Below are positions 12,255 through 25,100 of a stretch of 64,000 nucleotides of DNA, piece by piece. Location of the stretch: contig NC_045697.1 of the NCBI RefSeq assembly GCF_009834535.1, positions 41,232,001 to 41,296,000 on the forward strand. Direction: 5' to 3'. How positions within the stretch are numbered: the stretch's first letter is position 1; every line of letters begins with the position of its first letter. The notes below the pieces were generated by a model. It was not told the origin of the DNA. It saw only the letters and a list, made by a program, of their open reading frames with translations, and ran no database searches. The translations under genes and the position numbers were made by a program. This DNA is from Camelus ferus. Its lineage: Eukaryota.

Positions 12255-13395
12255 AAAGTTAGGAGAAAATCATTGTGATCTTGGGTCAAATTTTTCTTAG
12301 ATACAACATCAAATGTGTGAACCATAAAATTTAAAAAATGATTAGATTTCATCAAAATTAAAACCTCTGCTCTTTGAAAAGAACTGTTAAAAGAATAAAA
12401 AGAAAAGCTATAAAAGGAAAATACTTATAGATCACATAACTGATCAAGGATTTATGTCCAGAATATAAATATATATAATATATTTATGTCCAGATTATAT
12501 CCAAACTCAATAATATGAAAACAAACAATGCAATTTTTTTCTTATCAAATGAGCAAAAGAAAATATATGGATGGCAAATGAGCCCATGAGAAGATGCTCA
12601 AGTTCAATAGTCATTAGGACAAAATAGAAATAAAAACAATGAGATACTGCCACACAGCTATCAGAATTACTAAAATGAAAAAGACTGACCATGTTAAGTA
12701 TAGCCAAGGATGTGGAAGAACTGGAACTCTCATACATTACTAGTGCGGATGTAAAATAGTACCAGTTTCTTTAAATTAAATGTAAGTCCACCACACGACC
12801 TAGCCATTTCACTCCTAAGTATTTACGCAAAAGAAATTAAAGCATATATCTACACAAAGACTTGTCCACAAATGCTTGTAACAGCTTTATTTGTAACAGC
12901 CCAAAACTGGAAATACGCAAATGTCTACCAACAAGCGAATGGATAAACAGATTTTAGTATATTCTAAATCTGGAATATTGGAATATTAATTAGCAATGGA
13001 ATATTAATTAGCAATAAAAAGGGAATATTAATAATCAATAATTATTGATATATGCAACAGTATGAATCTCAAAATTATGCTGAGTAAAGGAAGCTAAACC
13101 AAAAAAAAAGAGTACATGTGTTATGACTACATTTATACAAAATTATAGAAAATGCAAACTATAGCTACATAAAACAGCTCAGCTGCCTGTGGATAGCACT
13201 GCCCTATGGAAGGGCATGTGGGATTGATTACAAAAGGGCATGAGAAAATATTTGGAGATGATGGATATGTTCATTATCTTGACTGATGATGGTTCACAAG
13301 TGCATACATATGTCAAAACTCATCAAATTGTACACTTTAAATATTTGTAGCTTATTATACATGAATTATATGCCTCAATAAGGCTGTTAAAAAGA
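12255..13395 (+). mobile_element. Old L1 (L1MC/MD-like): ORF2 3' end and 3'UTR
   Basis: gatttcatcaaaattaaaacctctgctct, ggatgtggaagaactggaactctcatac, cagctttatttgtaacagcccaaaactggaaa; ends aaaactcatcaaattgtacactttaaa...ctcaataaggctgttaaaaa. Confidence 0.85.
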
Positions 13396-14665
13396 GAAGA
13401 AAACAAACTAAACCTAACCAAAGCCAGAACAGCATTCATTTTCTTTGTCTTGTGAAGCTATCTAATTTTTTTTTTTTTAAGTCAGAAGAAACCAAACCCT
13501 AACATCAGGTAATACATGCTTTAAAAAAGTCTAACTTCTCCCATTAAAAAGAAATTTGTAAGACTAAAGAGATCAAAATCCATGGCTAAGGTCTGAGATC
13601 TTCCCTTCTTAGAGAGCCAAAGCATATCTAAGATGCCATGTAACTTACATTATTAAAGTTAGAATTTATGGATTGATAACACAATCTTTAAAAAAAAAAT
13701 CATTATTCAAGAGAACAATCTCTTGTTTTTCTTTCAACTTCTAATTTCCTAAAGCATTTGAACCCGAAATTTTAAATAATGTGAAATTATTTCTACCTTT
13801 TAACTGTCGATCTAGAAACAGTCAACACCAAGACACAAGTATACAAAGTAGAAAGAATAAAAAGCACTATTAAGCTTTAAAAGACTAAAAGCTAATCTCC
13901 CTACAAACAAGTAATAAAATACACTAATATTTCTTTCCATCAGAGGGTAAGTATAATCAGGTAGTAGAGAAAAAATATTGTTGCCTAATATACTCAGGAA
14001 AGCCTAAGAAAGAATTGGGATTTTAAGGAGAAAAAGAGATAAAAGTAGATAAGTTTTAATTGGACATCGTCTCAAGGTAGAAAACAGCATGTGTCCAAAC
14101 ATTTTTATTGACGTTGGAGCAATGCTTAGTATTTGTCAACTTTTCCATTATACTTTCCCAGTGAGAGAAGAGAAACTAAAACAAACGCAAGCTAAACTGC
14201 CTTTCTGGGCCTCTGGCTCATGTCAACTGCTTATCTAAATAGAAATCATATATGCCTGTTCCCTGTTTTTCAAAGGACAGCTTCAAAAAACCAGAAGAAA
14301 ACTTCTGGAATTTTTCAGCCTCTTTAAATGTATTATTTAAACTTAGGAGAAGAGTAAAATGGAGGGGGAAATCCCTGATTCCACATATTTTATACTTCTC
14401 CTCACCAAATGGGAGGTACCAACAGAAAATAATGTAATGGTAAGAACTTTGGTTTTGAGTATTGTTTTTTTTTACATCACCCCTCTTACCCACCCACTGA
14501 CTTTTGTTCAGATCATTGCTTTAGAAACCTGCTCGCTGGTCCTCCTCAAAAAATGTGGACTTAAAATGTCTCAGAGTAAGTCACTAAAGGAAATAAATAT
14601 GTATAAAGCACAAAAGACCAAGAAAAAATTCGTATTTGTCCTTTATACTGCAATAAACAAATTAA

Positions 14666-15717
14666 TGTGGCAGGCAGAATTCTGAGTCTACCTCAACACT
14701 CCTTTCATGTTGTGAACTGCCTAGGTAGGGGTTATGTGACAAGGACCTGAGGGTGGCCTCTAGGAGCTGATGGTGTACCCCAGCCAACAACCAGCAAGAA
14801 AATGGTCCTACAACCACAAGGCACTGAATTCTACCAACAGACAGTGCACATGGCAGAGGGCCTGAACTGTGATGGATCAGTGATTCCTTTTCCACTTTCC
14901 ACTCTGCCTTGCCCCGCTTTGAATCCGAATGTCTACAATAGTTATCCCATGCCTCTCCGACCATTTCACACTGGGAATGTTGGGGCAGTCTCTAGTTTTA
15001 CAGGTTCTTAGATAAATGACACACAGGAGCCTCATTTATACTTAATTTAGATGATTTGGATGAGCTTCTGGACTTTGAGCTGATGCTTTAATAGGATGAG
15101 AACCCTAGAACAGTGGGAGGGGATGTATTTTGCTTGTGATGTGTGTATGGGGTCGGAGGGCATGAATAACTGAGGGCCAGAGGGAAGACTATGGTAGGCA
15201 GAAGTCTAAGATGGCCCCCCAAATTCTGGCCCCCCTGGTATACCTGCCTGTATAATCTTCCTCCCATGAGGATGGATGGGACCTATAAATATCAGGTGGC
15301 AGTGGCTCACTTGATTAGGTTATGTTGTAGAAGACTTTGTTGGAGCAGACTGGAAAAAGATTCCAAGACAGGGAGCTCCCTCCTGCTGGCCTTGATGACA
15401 ACTGTATTGTAAGCTGCCTACAGAGGGGGCCACCTGGCAAGGACCTGATGGGCTGAGAGCAGACCATGGCTGACAGCTAGTGAGAAAATAATGAATTTAC
15501 ACCTATAGCTGCAAGGAACTGAATCCTGCCAACAACTAGTGAGCTGAGAAGATCCTCAAGCGTCAGATAAGATTTCAGCCTCGTGTGACCCTAAGCAGAG
15601 GACCCAGTTAACCTGTACTTGGACTCCTGACCCATGGGAACTGTAAGATAATAAATGTGTTGTTTGAAGCTACTGACCTTGTGGTAGTCTGTTATACAAC
15701 AATAGAAAACCAATGCA
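14666..15717 (+). mobile_element. ERVL-MaLR remnant: partial MLT1 LTR, internal 3' fragment, then an MLT1 (E/F-like) LTR at ~15191-15717
   Basis: Two LTR-like starts (tgtggcaggcagaattct; atggtaggcagaagtctaagatggcccc) and shared motifs (gcaaggaactgaatcctgccaacaac). A purine tract gagggccagagggaagac precedes the second LTR, which ends gataataaatgtgttgtttgaagc...caatagaaaaccaatgca. Confidence 0.75.
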
Positions 15718-18097
15718 ACCAGGGTATATAGATTTTGAAGAAAATGTAAATAAAGTCAGTCCCCTTATTACACTTCAGAAGTTGTCTGGATAATGCTTTC
15801 AGGCCATTAAAATGGTACTCACAAGAGAGGGAACATTCTGAGTAAATTAATCTAGATACCAAGCTTTTTCCAAGCCTATTACCTCATTCTTTAATTGACA
15901 AAGCAATCTGCACTGAGGTGCCTCTTATCATACTCTGTTCAGGATGTAATGTTAGATGGTCCAGAAAGATTGACCAGAGCTCACTTGATCCAGAAGTGAA
16001 GTTAGCTAACATAAGCAGGACAAGCAGTGACAGTCTGTTGAAGAGGCTCCTGCTGCTCTCCCGATTTCCCACCTCGCAGCATTCGCAAGATCACGGCATA
16101 CTTCTGTAGTTGTGATCTCACTGAGAAGCAAGAAGCCAGCTATCAGCGGTGTCAGAAGGCAGAAGGCAACAAACACTACCTACTCCACAAATACTAAAAG
16201 CTTGAATGCTGAAGGTGAAAGTGATGTCTGTCTCTTGTCCTTCCTTACAAATCGACTAAATCTAAAAAGTTTGGGGTAAATTTATACCGTAGTAAAATAA
16301 AGTAGCATGTATCACTCTGCATCACGGTGGACAAATCAACTTTGACTCCAGATAAAGTGCAAATAACTTCCCAAGTCACAGATGAAGCATAGTAAACCCA
16401 TGCATACTCCAGTGACTACAAGAGTAATTTCAACTTGGTAGTTGGAGACAATCAAAATTCTTCTCAAACTGCTCCATTCTAAAAAGGATTTTGAAATTAC
16501 CAATCTCCAGTTTGAAATGTTTTATACAACATTTCAATCTATAAAATATCTAAGTTTTCTATCTAAATTCAATAAATCTAAAACCCAAATTTAAAACACT
16601 AAACAGTGACACAAGAGGTACTCATACTGAATACTGCTCTTCATTATGCCATTTTTATTTTATCAAATATAACTGTGACAACTAAACTAGATGATTGCTT
16701 GTAATTTAAATAATGACATGACTTGCAAGAACTCATGAATCCAATCTCAAACCATGTGGTGTGGGCTACTCCCTTACTTTGTGGCAATCCAACTCACTCT
16801 ACAAAGATGCATTTCTCAAGGTGTAGTTTTCATGTCTAATTTTTATTTCAATTAACTACACAGTAGTCTTGTGCAACTGTCATAAATAAGAATGACTAAT
16901 ATGCAAAAGCAATGGAGCCCTTTTCACATGAGAAGATTAAGGAATTCTGGCTTACAGACAAATAATGGCAAAATCACTTTGCATAAATTATTCAAATTGA
17001 ATATTAATATATTACAGATTAGAATGGGAACAATGTATTCATCTAAAAATTCACTTGTCAAAATGCTGACATTGGTTTCTGATTACATCACATCATCTCT
17101 TTTAAGTCTAATCAATGCCAAAATTATTTTTTGCTCATATAATCTCTACCTGTTCTCATAAAGCTAGTAGTGTTCTCTATGTCCAGTTTTACTGGAGAAT
17201 GCGTCCGCTGCCAAGTCTTCACCTAATCCCCTTAGGGGAGATTATTCCTAAATCTCTCTCCAGCCTTAAGATATCCTTGTTCCTAATTCTAGATTTTTCA
17301 AATTTAACTATGTACTGTACATTTTTGTCTGAATAGATACTGCCTTCTTGTATCAAATTCAGTGCATCTAAAACTCCAAACAATCTTTTCCTCCAAATTA
17401 GTCACTCTCACTATTCCAAGCAGATTAATGGAACAGCTATTCCTCTAGCTACCAGGCTCAAGTCCCTCTTCTTTGACTTTTTTTCCTTTCACCTTAGTCT
17501 TGTCACTGAGAACTGCTGCTTATTCATTCTTAATCTCTCTCAAATTAATCTTTCTTTCAAGTATCATTTTCCACTATCTATTCTTTCCTCTCATTTTGTA
17601 TATATACATACTTTTGAGTTTAAAAAATAGTAATTATTCTTTAAATACAAATCTGTGACTTTCTTTCTTCACTCCAAATTATTTTGTAAGATTTATCTAT
17701 GTTCATTTGTGTTGCATATTTACTTTCACTACTGATTAGGATTCCACTGTAATTTGGTTTCTTTCTTTCTTTCTTTTTTTTGCTAATAATGTTGCTTTGA
17801 ACATTTCTGTACCCATATGCATAACAGCTGAGTAGAAATTCTAGGTCATATGGTATGCACATCCCTGTCATTTGGATAAAGCCAAGTTGCTTTTCAAAGT
17901 GATTATACCAATGTATACAAAGTGATTATACTCTAACAAGTAGCATAAAAGACCTCGCTATATCAAAACCCAATACTAGGTATTGACGGAGTTTTTTTAT
18001 ATCAAACTGGTAGTATGAAAATGGTTTCATATTATAGTTTTAATTTACATTTTTATAATTACTAATGAGGTTGAACATTAAATTTCTATTTAGTTAC

Positions 18098-18454
18098 TGT
18101 ATTAGTTTACTAGAGTTGCCATAACAAACACTATAGATTGGGTAGCTTCAATGATGGAAATTAATTTTCTCACCAATTCTGGAGGCTACAAGTCCAAAAT
18201 CAAGGTGCTGGCAGGCTCATTTCTCCTGTGGTCTCTCTCTTCGGACTGTAGATGTCTGTCTTCTCCCTCTGTTTACACATAGTCTCTTCTCTGTGTTGTC
18301 TGGGTCCTAATCTCTTCTTATAAGGACACCAGTCTTATTGCATTAGGGTCCCAAACCTAGTTTTAAATTAATTTTGTCTTTAAAGACCCTATCTCAAAAT
18401 CCAGTTACATTTTGAAGTACTGGGGGTTATAAGTTTTGGGGTGACAATTTAACA
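18098..18454 (-). mobile_element. MaLR solo LTR (MLT1A/B-like) with 5-bp TSD
   Basis: Begins tgtattagttt and ends ttaaca. TSD GTTAC at 18093-18097 and 18455-18459. Confidence 0.85.
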
Positions 18455-18669
18455 GTTACCATTAGAACTGTAACATACTTATACCTTGGCTTCTTGATTT
18501 ATATACTTAAGTCTCACTAAAAAAATTAATTTCAAATAAACTACACCCTATCTACTTCACATTTCTAAATCAAAGATTCTAAAGCAGAGCTGTCATCAGA
18601 TCATTAGTCTCCTCATAAAGCTCCACTAAGTCCCTACGGATTACCAAATAAACTCCAAACTTACCCATA

Positions 18670-20200
18670 AATTCATTTATTGACTATTTCTTATATAGTA
18701 AGTTTTACACTGAGTTCCCAAAAAACAAACAAAAAAACTGAGTAAGGTATGATGTCTGGCGTTAAAAAAACAAAATCTAAAAAACCCCTCAACATTTGTA
18801 GGTAAAGGAACAAATCAATGGTTGTAATACATTGTGGCATACGTTATGGCTCATTATCCCATGGGATTCCAAATGAGCATTCAATCAGATCAGAAATAAA
18901 GATATCATAAATAAAGATACCAGAAAGAATTCTGAGGTTGGGGTGGGGCGGATGACTTTTGGGTCAATATGGATGGATAAATAGGAGGAGGGCTGATGAA
19001 GATGAGACACAAAAGTTAGAGTTAAGGTCTTCCAGGCAAAGGAAATAACCTGTAAAACTAAAGACAGAGATATGACACAGTAGGAAGTGTTCAAATTCTG
19101 TAGATTATCTAGAGAAGGGGGAGGGGAGATGAGATGAGGCTACAGCAGTAAGTAGGAGCCAGATCATGTAGGGTGTTTCTGTGATTTGCTAAGTAGTTTG
19201 AATTTTATACTGAAACCTGTGAAGAGGCATTGACAAATTTTAGGGTGAGGCATAAAATGATCAAATTTTAATTTTTAAAGGATAATTTCAGTTATAGAGT
19301 GGGAACTAATAAAGGTCTTAAACTATAGATTTGGAAATCATCAGTATGTAAATGGTAGACAAAATCATGGGTTTGGATAAAGTCACTCAGGAAGAGCATA
19401 TAAAGAAAAAGTTAAGTACCAGAGATCTAGAGGACACTAGCATTTAAAAGTTAGAGGAGGAAAAAGAGCCTATAAAGGGATCTGCAAGGAGACAACCAGA
19501 GAAATAAGAAGAAAATCTTTGTAATATGTTAGAATAAAATAGAAGTTTCAAACAGAAGATGGATAGAATACAAGATTAAGAACGTGGAGTTTTGTGCCAC
19601 ATTGTCTGGGTTCAGATCACTAGCTTTGTAACTTTTGGCAAATTAATATTTCTAGGCTCAGTTTTCTTCTCAAAGCAATTTATTACCAGTTCCTATCTTG
19701 TGGAAAGTTGGCAAGAATTAAATGAGATTCATATGAAATCCTTGGTTCAGGACCTGATACGGAGTATCACTAGCTGTTATCCATCTTTATCATTCTCAAA
19801 CAACATAGAGAAGTCATGCAACATGACAGCATATATATTTGGCTCTCTGAATGCCACAGGTAACCTCACCCAAAGATGTTTCAGTAAAGTAGGAGAGAAA
19901 GCAAAGTAACTCTTGACTAATTTCTAGTAGCTTCATTGGTAACAGAAGGAGTAAAGTTAGGATGACAAATTTAAAGGTGAGGGTGGATGATGTTTGCTTT
20001 GATTTTAAGTATATAAGGGACTCTGTATATATGCTGAGGGAAAGAGCCAGTAAAGAGGCTGAAGGTATAGGAGAAGGTGGGTGACCAATTGTGACTGTCA
20101 CAAAAGTAGAACTGATCACTCTTTAGATGTTTTGTCAGGTTCACTGAAGCTAAGGGAAAGTAGAATGTGTGCAGATGGAAGAAAGTCAGGTGGAGGACTT
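18670..20200 (-). mobile_element. Degraded L2 fragments with an embedded MIR (~19570-19780)
   Basis: Starts with the reverse-complement L2 tail (ttcatttattgactatttc). Purine-rich body with aggagccagatcatgtagg and gatttggaaatcatcagtatgtaaatggtag. Confidence 0.6.
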
Positions 20201-20716
20201 CTTGCTTAAAGGGCTCACTGGTTAAGTGATGTAGTCATTCTGACTTGTTTCAAAATGCTTGCTACACATGTCCATTTGCTTACATGCTGCGAAGATCGAC
20301 CTTCTTTCAGGGTGTATTCAGGAATCTGTAGCTCTCCAGGTAATTCCCATACACAATAATGCTAAAGAATTATCGCACTAAACATCTTTGGATAAAGCTT
20401 TAACTCTCAATTCCAGCAATTCCTATGAGCATCCTCATACTAATCAATTCTAAAAGGGGAGCAATCAATGTCAGATTTTCCCTGACCCTGAGATCAGCCA
20501 GTTGAGTATTTCCTTACCATGTTCATCCTTGATTTCTTGAACTAACTAATAATAAACGGCTATTTTAAGTGGTAGCCTTTCAGTATAGAAAACTAGAAAA
20601 CCAAAGCAAAGGGACTGCTGGAGTTGCAGCATATAGCCATAGAGTCATGCATAATGAGCATACTGGTCCCCAGGTGTTCTCTCTTAGCTGCCCCGAGAGT
20701 GAGAGGTTAGTTCCTC

Positions 20717-21027
20717 AACAAACTAGTGAATATAACAGAAAGAAACAGACTCACAAATACGAGAACAACTTAGTGGTTACCAGTGGGGAGAGGGAAGGGG
20801 GAAAGAGTAGGATAGGGGTAGGAAATTAAGAGGTAAAAACTACTACGTATAAAATAAACAAGTTACAAGTACATGTTGTACAACACAAGGACTACAAACA
20901 ATAGTTTATAATAACTGTAAATAGAGTATAACTTTTAGGAATTATGACTCATTAAGTTGGACACCTGAAACTTACAAAATATTGTACATCAACTATACTT
21001 CAATTAAAAAAAAAAGTTAAAAAAAAG
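20717..21027 (+). mobile_element. L1 3'UTR fragment (L1MA9/artiodactyl-type) with poly(A)
   Basis: acagactcacaaatacgagaacaacttagtggttaccagtggggagagggaagggg...tgtacatcaactatacttcaatt followed by an A-run. Confidence 0.85.
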
Positions 21028-21089
21028 AAAGCTAGAAGAGAGTCAAATTGATTGGGAGAGAATGATATGATCAACTAGATTATTTAACC

Positions 21090-22190
21090 ACTCATTCATT
21101 CATTTAAATATTTATGAAAACTGTTATGTTCTAGGCATTGGCAAGTGCTAGATTTTTATTCATTAAATCAACAAATATTTATTGAGACCCACTCTAAGCC
21201 AGACACCCTTTTAGACACTGAAGACATGGCAGTGAAAAAACCAGACAAAATCACCAAGTCCTACAGAGTTTACATCCTATCAGAAGAGAGAGACAATAAA
21301 TAAATAAGTAAATAGAAGAGAATAAAGCTGTAGAGGAAAATAACTCCACAGGAGGGCTAATGAATACCACAGAGGTTAGAGGGTATAGATTTCAAATAAA
21401 ATAGTCAAGTAAGAGTCCTTGGTGAGAATTTGTTGTTAGGACAAAGATCTAAAGGAGTGTAAGCAAAGCAGAGATATCTGGGAAAGAACATTCTGGGCAG
21501 AAAGTGAAAAAGCCCTGAGTCAGGAGAACACCAAGGAGAAACACTGAGTGAGAGGAAGAGAAAACGGAAGATAAACTATATAGAGTCTTCCGGGCCACTG
21601 AAAAAACTCTGGCATGAACACTGAAATGGAAAGCTCACTGGAAGGGTTTGAGAGATACGACCTGAGCTGTTTTAAAAGGATCACTCTTGGCTGCTGTTTT
21701 GAGAACAGACTACAGAAGGGCAAGGGCAGAAGCAAGGAGACAATTGGCAAAAATCCAGGCAAGGAATGGTGGTAGCTTAGCCCAAGATGATAGCTGTGGG
21801 ACAGCTGGGAAGTGATCAAATTTTGGTAATATTTTGAAGGAACGCCCCGAAGGATTTGCTGATATGGATGTTCTGTGCCCTGAGAAAGGGGCACGATAGA
21901 GTTGTCGTTAACCAAGATGGAGAAGGCTGTGCGAGGAGTTTGTTTTGAAGAAGTTTCAGAGTTCAATTTGTATACGTTAAGTCTGCAGTGCTGATTAGAC
22001 ATTCCAGTGAAGATGCGAGATACTTAGCTGGATATATGAGTCTGGAGTTAATGGGAGAATTCTGAGATGGAGGTACACATATATGGAGTTTGTCAGTATA
22101 CAGATGGTATTTTAAAGCCCTGAAATGTTATGTGATCCCTAAGGCAGTACGTGAAGACAGAAGAAATACCCAAGGGCAGAGGAATGAGGA
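21090..22190 (-). mobile_element. L2 (L2a-like) 3' region
   Basis: cattcattcatt and caacaaatatttattgag tails; ttttaaaaggatcactcttggctgctg; gctggatatatgagtctggagt; tatacagatggtatttt. Confidence 0.85.
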
Positions 22191-25100
22191 CTAATCAGAA
22201 AAGGAGTCTGAGTAGGAGTGGCTTTGCTCCAAACGGACCTCTTAGAGAAATCCCTGATTATCTCAGAATTGGTTTGGTGTTTTAAATTATACCTGTTCAA
22301 GTCAGAATCTAAACAAGGTCCACACATTGTGTGTCTCTTTTCATCTAAAACAGTAATTCCTTAGTTATTTTACACCACTGATTTGTTGAACCCAAATTGG
22401 TTATACTTTTAAAGTCCATTTTTTTTTCTCATTTTAAACCCTAGAAGCCCATCACCAGAAACAGATGAATTAAATGGATAGCAGATAGGTATGGTTTTTC
22501 TAGCCTTCATTTGCTAACTTTTAAAAGGATTTTATGTATTTATTTATTACCAAAGTCTCTCCATAAGCCTACATTCTGCTTTCTATAATTATCTCTTGCA
22601 AAACTACAGTATCTGTTTTTGAAGAATTAGTCTTTATTAACATTAGCAGAAAAAAACTAAGCTAAAATAAATTATAAAAAAAGCAAAACTCATAATTTAT
22701 GTTCAGACTAGTCCATAGAGCATGAAATAAGGCAATGGCCCTATCTTCCAACCTGTACCAGTCTGAAGACAAATTTAAAAGAATTTTACTAAGCTGTGTG
22801 GTAATTATTCAATGTGCAACTTGAAGAAAGAAAATAAAATGAGCAAATAACTGGGTTGCAATATTAAGTCAAATGACTTTTTGAAGACACAAAGCAGAGA
22901 CGATTTTAAGAAAGAATAGTGTTTCTTTAAAGTTCTGTATGTTACGGATTCTACTATAAATGATGAACTACACAACTTATTAAGGTCAATTAAAATGGAC
23001 TAAGGACAGAACTCTTAACACATCTGATCATCTGATATTGCTAGTTGGGTTATAGCTACTGATTATTAGGAAGAAGAAGAGAAAAGAGAGAAGGGCATGA
23101 AGGAGGGGAAAGGAAAAAAAGATGAATGACAAAGGAGCAGCAGCAAGAGAACGAGAAAGAAAAAAAAAATCTGGCTTCCCTCTACCTCTTATGTTACTCT
23201 TACTACATGCAGGTGCCCAGTCACTTATGAGAAACTCTTGCCAGTAATGCCGCACTTACACTGTATATTACAAAACACCAGCAAAGGTCTGAATCAGCAT
23301 TCAGTAATCCAACACAGTAACATTTCTGCAGCAAGCTTACTAATATTCATACTAAATAGGATAAATAAAAACTGTAAATAGTCTCAGTCAGTTCAAGTCA
23401 GGTTTCATCATCCAAAAACCTCAGGTCGGGTATGCTGCTAAATAAGGTATGAAAATACTTTTCCTTTTTCAGATCTTTTTGGATTCTGGAATTGCACATA
23501 AAGGATTGTGAACATATGTTTCACTAAAGAGGCTCACTAGCTTTATATCTTTGGGATCATTTTGGCGTAATTCTAGGGACACGAGGGTAGAATTGAATCC
23601 AATTAAAATTTATATGGTAAAGTCAAGATTATATTTAAGGGCTTTTTTTCCCCCTCCAAAATATAGATTAAAATTTCTTAACATTAAATATTCAATTGTC
23701 TATTGTAAATATAAGGGGTTTTGACCCACTAATTATTAAAGTGGCCACATCCTCAACAAAGGACTTTCTGTCTATGTTCACGGCCTGTAGCGTGAACCCT
23801 ACATGAGTAACCTGGCCCAGGCTTTGTCTGCCTTCTGAATGTAAGGAATTTAATAAGCCGAGAAACAGGAAAGGATTCAAAAGAAACACAGCAGAGGTTT
23901 CCAGAGACAACAGATACCTAAACAAAAAGAGAGGCAATCTTCAGCAGTCATCATTTAGTTGTAAACACTCAAGTATTTAGAGGGAAACAGAGCTGGGACT
24001 GCAAAGTAGTAATAGTTACTTGATAGTCACTTCTAAAATCACCTCCAGAGCAGTGACTTTATCTATTTGAGAATATCTAAGAGTAACTGCAGATGGCGAG
24101 CACTTTGGTAATCTGGATTGCACAAAGAAGACTTAAGAACTGGCATCTGATTACTGAGCATAGCTGTGAGTTAATTATGTTCTGTGTTCATTACTCAAGG
24201 AGAATGTGATCTAGTATATATGAGCATTATGATTCAAAGAATATGTTGTGTAACACTTTTTGCTTGTCATTTATAGCATATGTAATGTTAGTGACATCAT
24301 AGCCTAAACGGATGGAACACCCTCAAAAACACCTCTGTAGTCCTCATGTAAACAAAAGATTTCATGTATCTAAATGGATGAAGTGCCTGGTCATGTTCTC
24401 AACTTTCAGTACTCTTCTGGAACAGTTCCATTTTCATTTTTTAAAAAAGCTAACTTTTAAATTAGGGGTACCACACAAATACTGTACTAGATCATTCCAC
24501 TACAGGGCTCAAGGGGTATAGTTTTCTTTTCTCTTTTTAAAGTTCTTAATTTCCAAACAACCTCATTTGAAACTGGGCTTTGGTTAAAGAGACTTAATTT
24601 TGTGAAACAGTTTATCTAAGAACAGACGCTAAATTATTGATACTGTTTAAAAATATATATATATATATACACATATATATATAAATATATGTATCAACTC
24701 AAATCTCAAATATTACATACTCATAAGGAAAATCATCACTAAACTTTGGTTCTTTCTACTCGTAACTTGACAGGAAAAGCAACTTGTCAAAATAACCAGT
24801 AAGGAAACTTCTTCCAATGTCTCCCAAAACAGGAAGGACAAGTATCTTTATTCCCCTCAGTCCTGTTGTAAGAACTTTGCAAGTTATAGAATATCTTTTT
24901 TTCCTTCAATGCCAAACTGCAAAAACAAAACAAAACAAAAAGAACCCAACAAGAAAGTTTTGTCTGGATTTTGAAATGAGCTAATGGCACACTGAGTATA
25001 CTAAGCAAGAGACACTTAGCTCTTTAACAGTTCTGTTGGGTAGCACAGGAAATTACTGTATTATTTCAATAATTCTATGAGTTACTATTCCATGAATACT

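Noticed and set aside
21520..22002. 160-aa minus-strand ORF
   Set aside because: Lies wholly inside a decayed L2 element.
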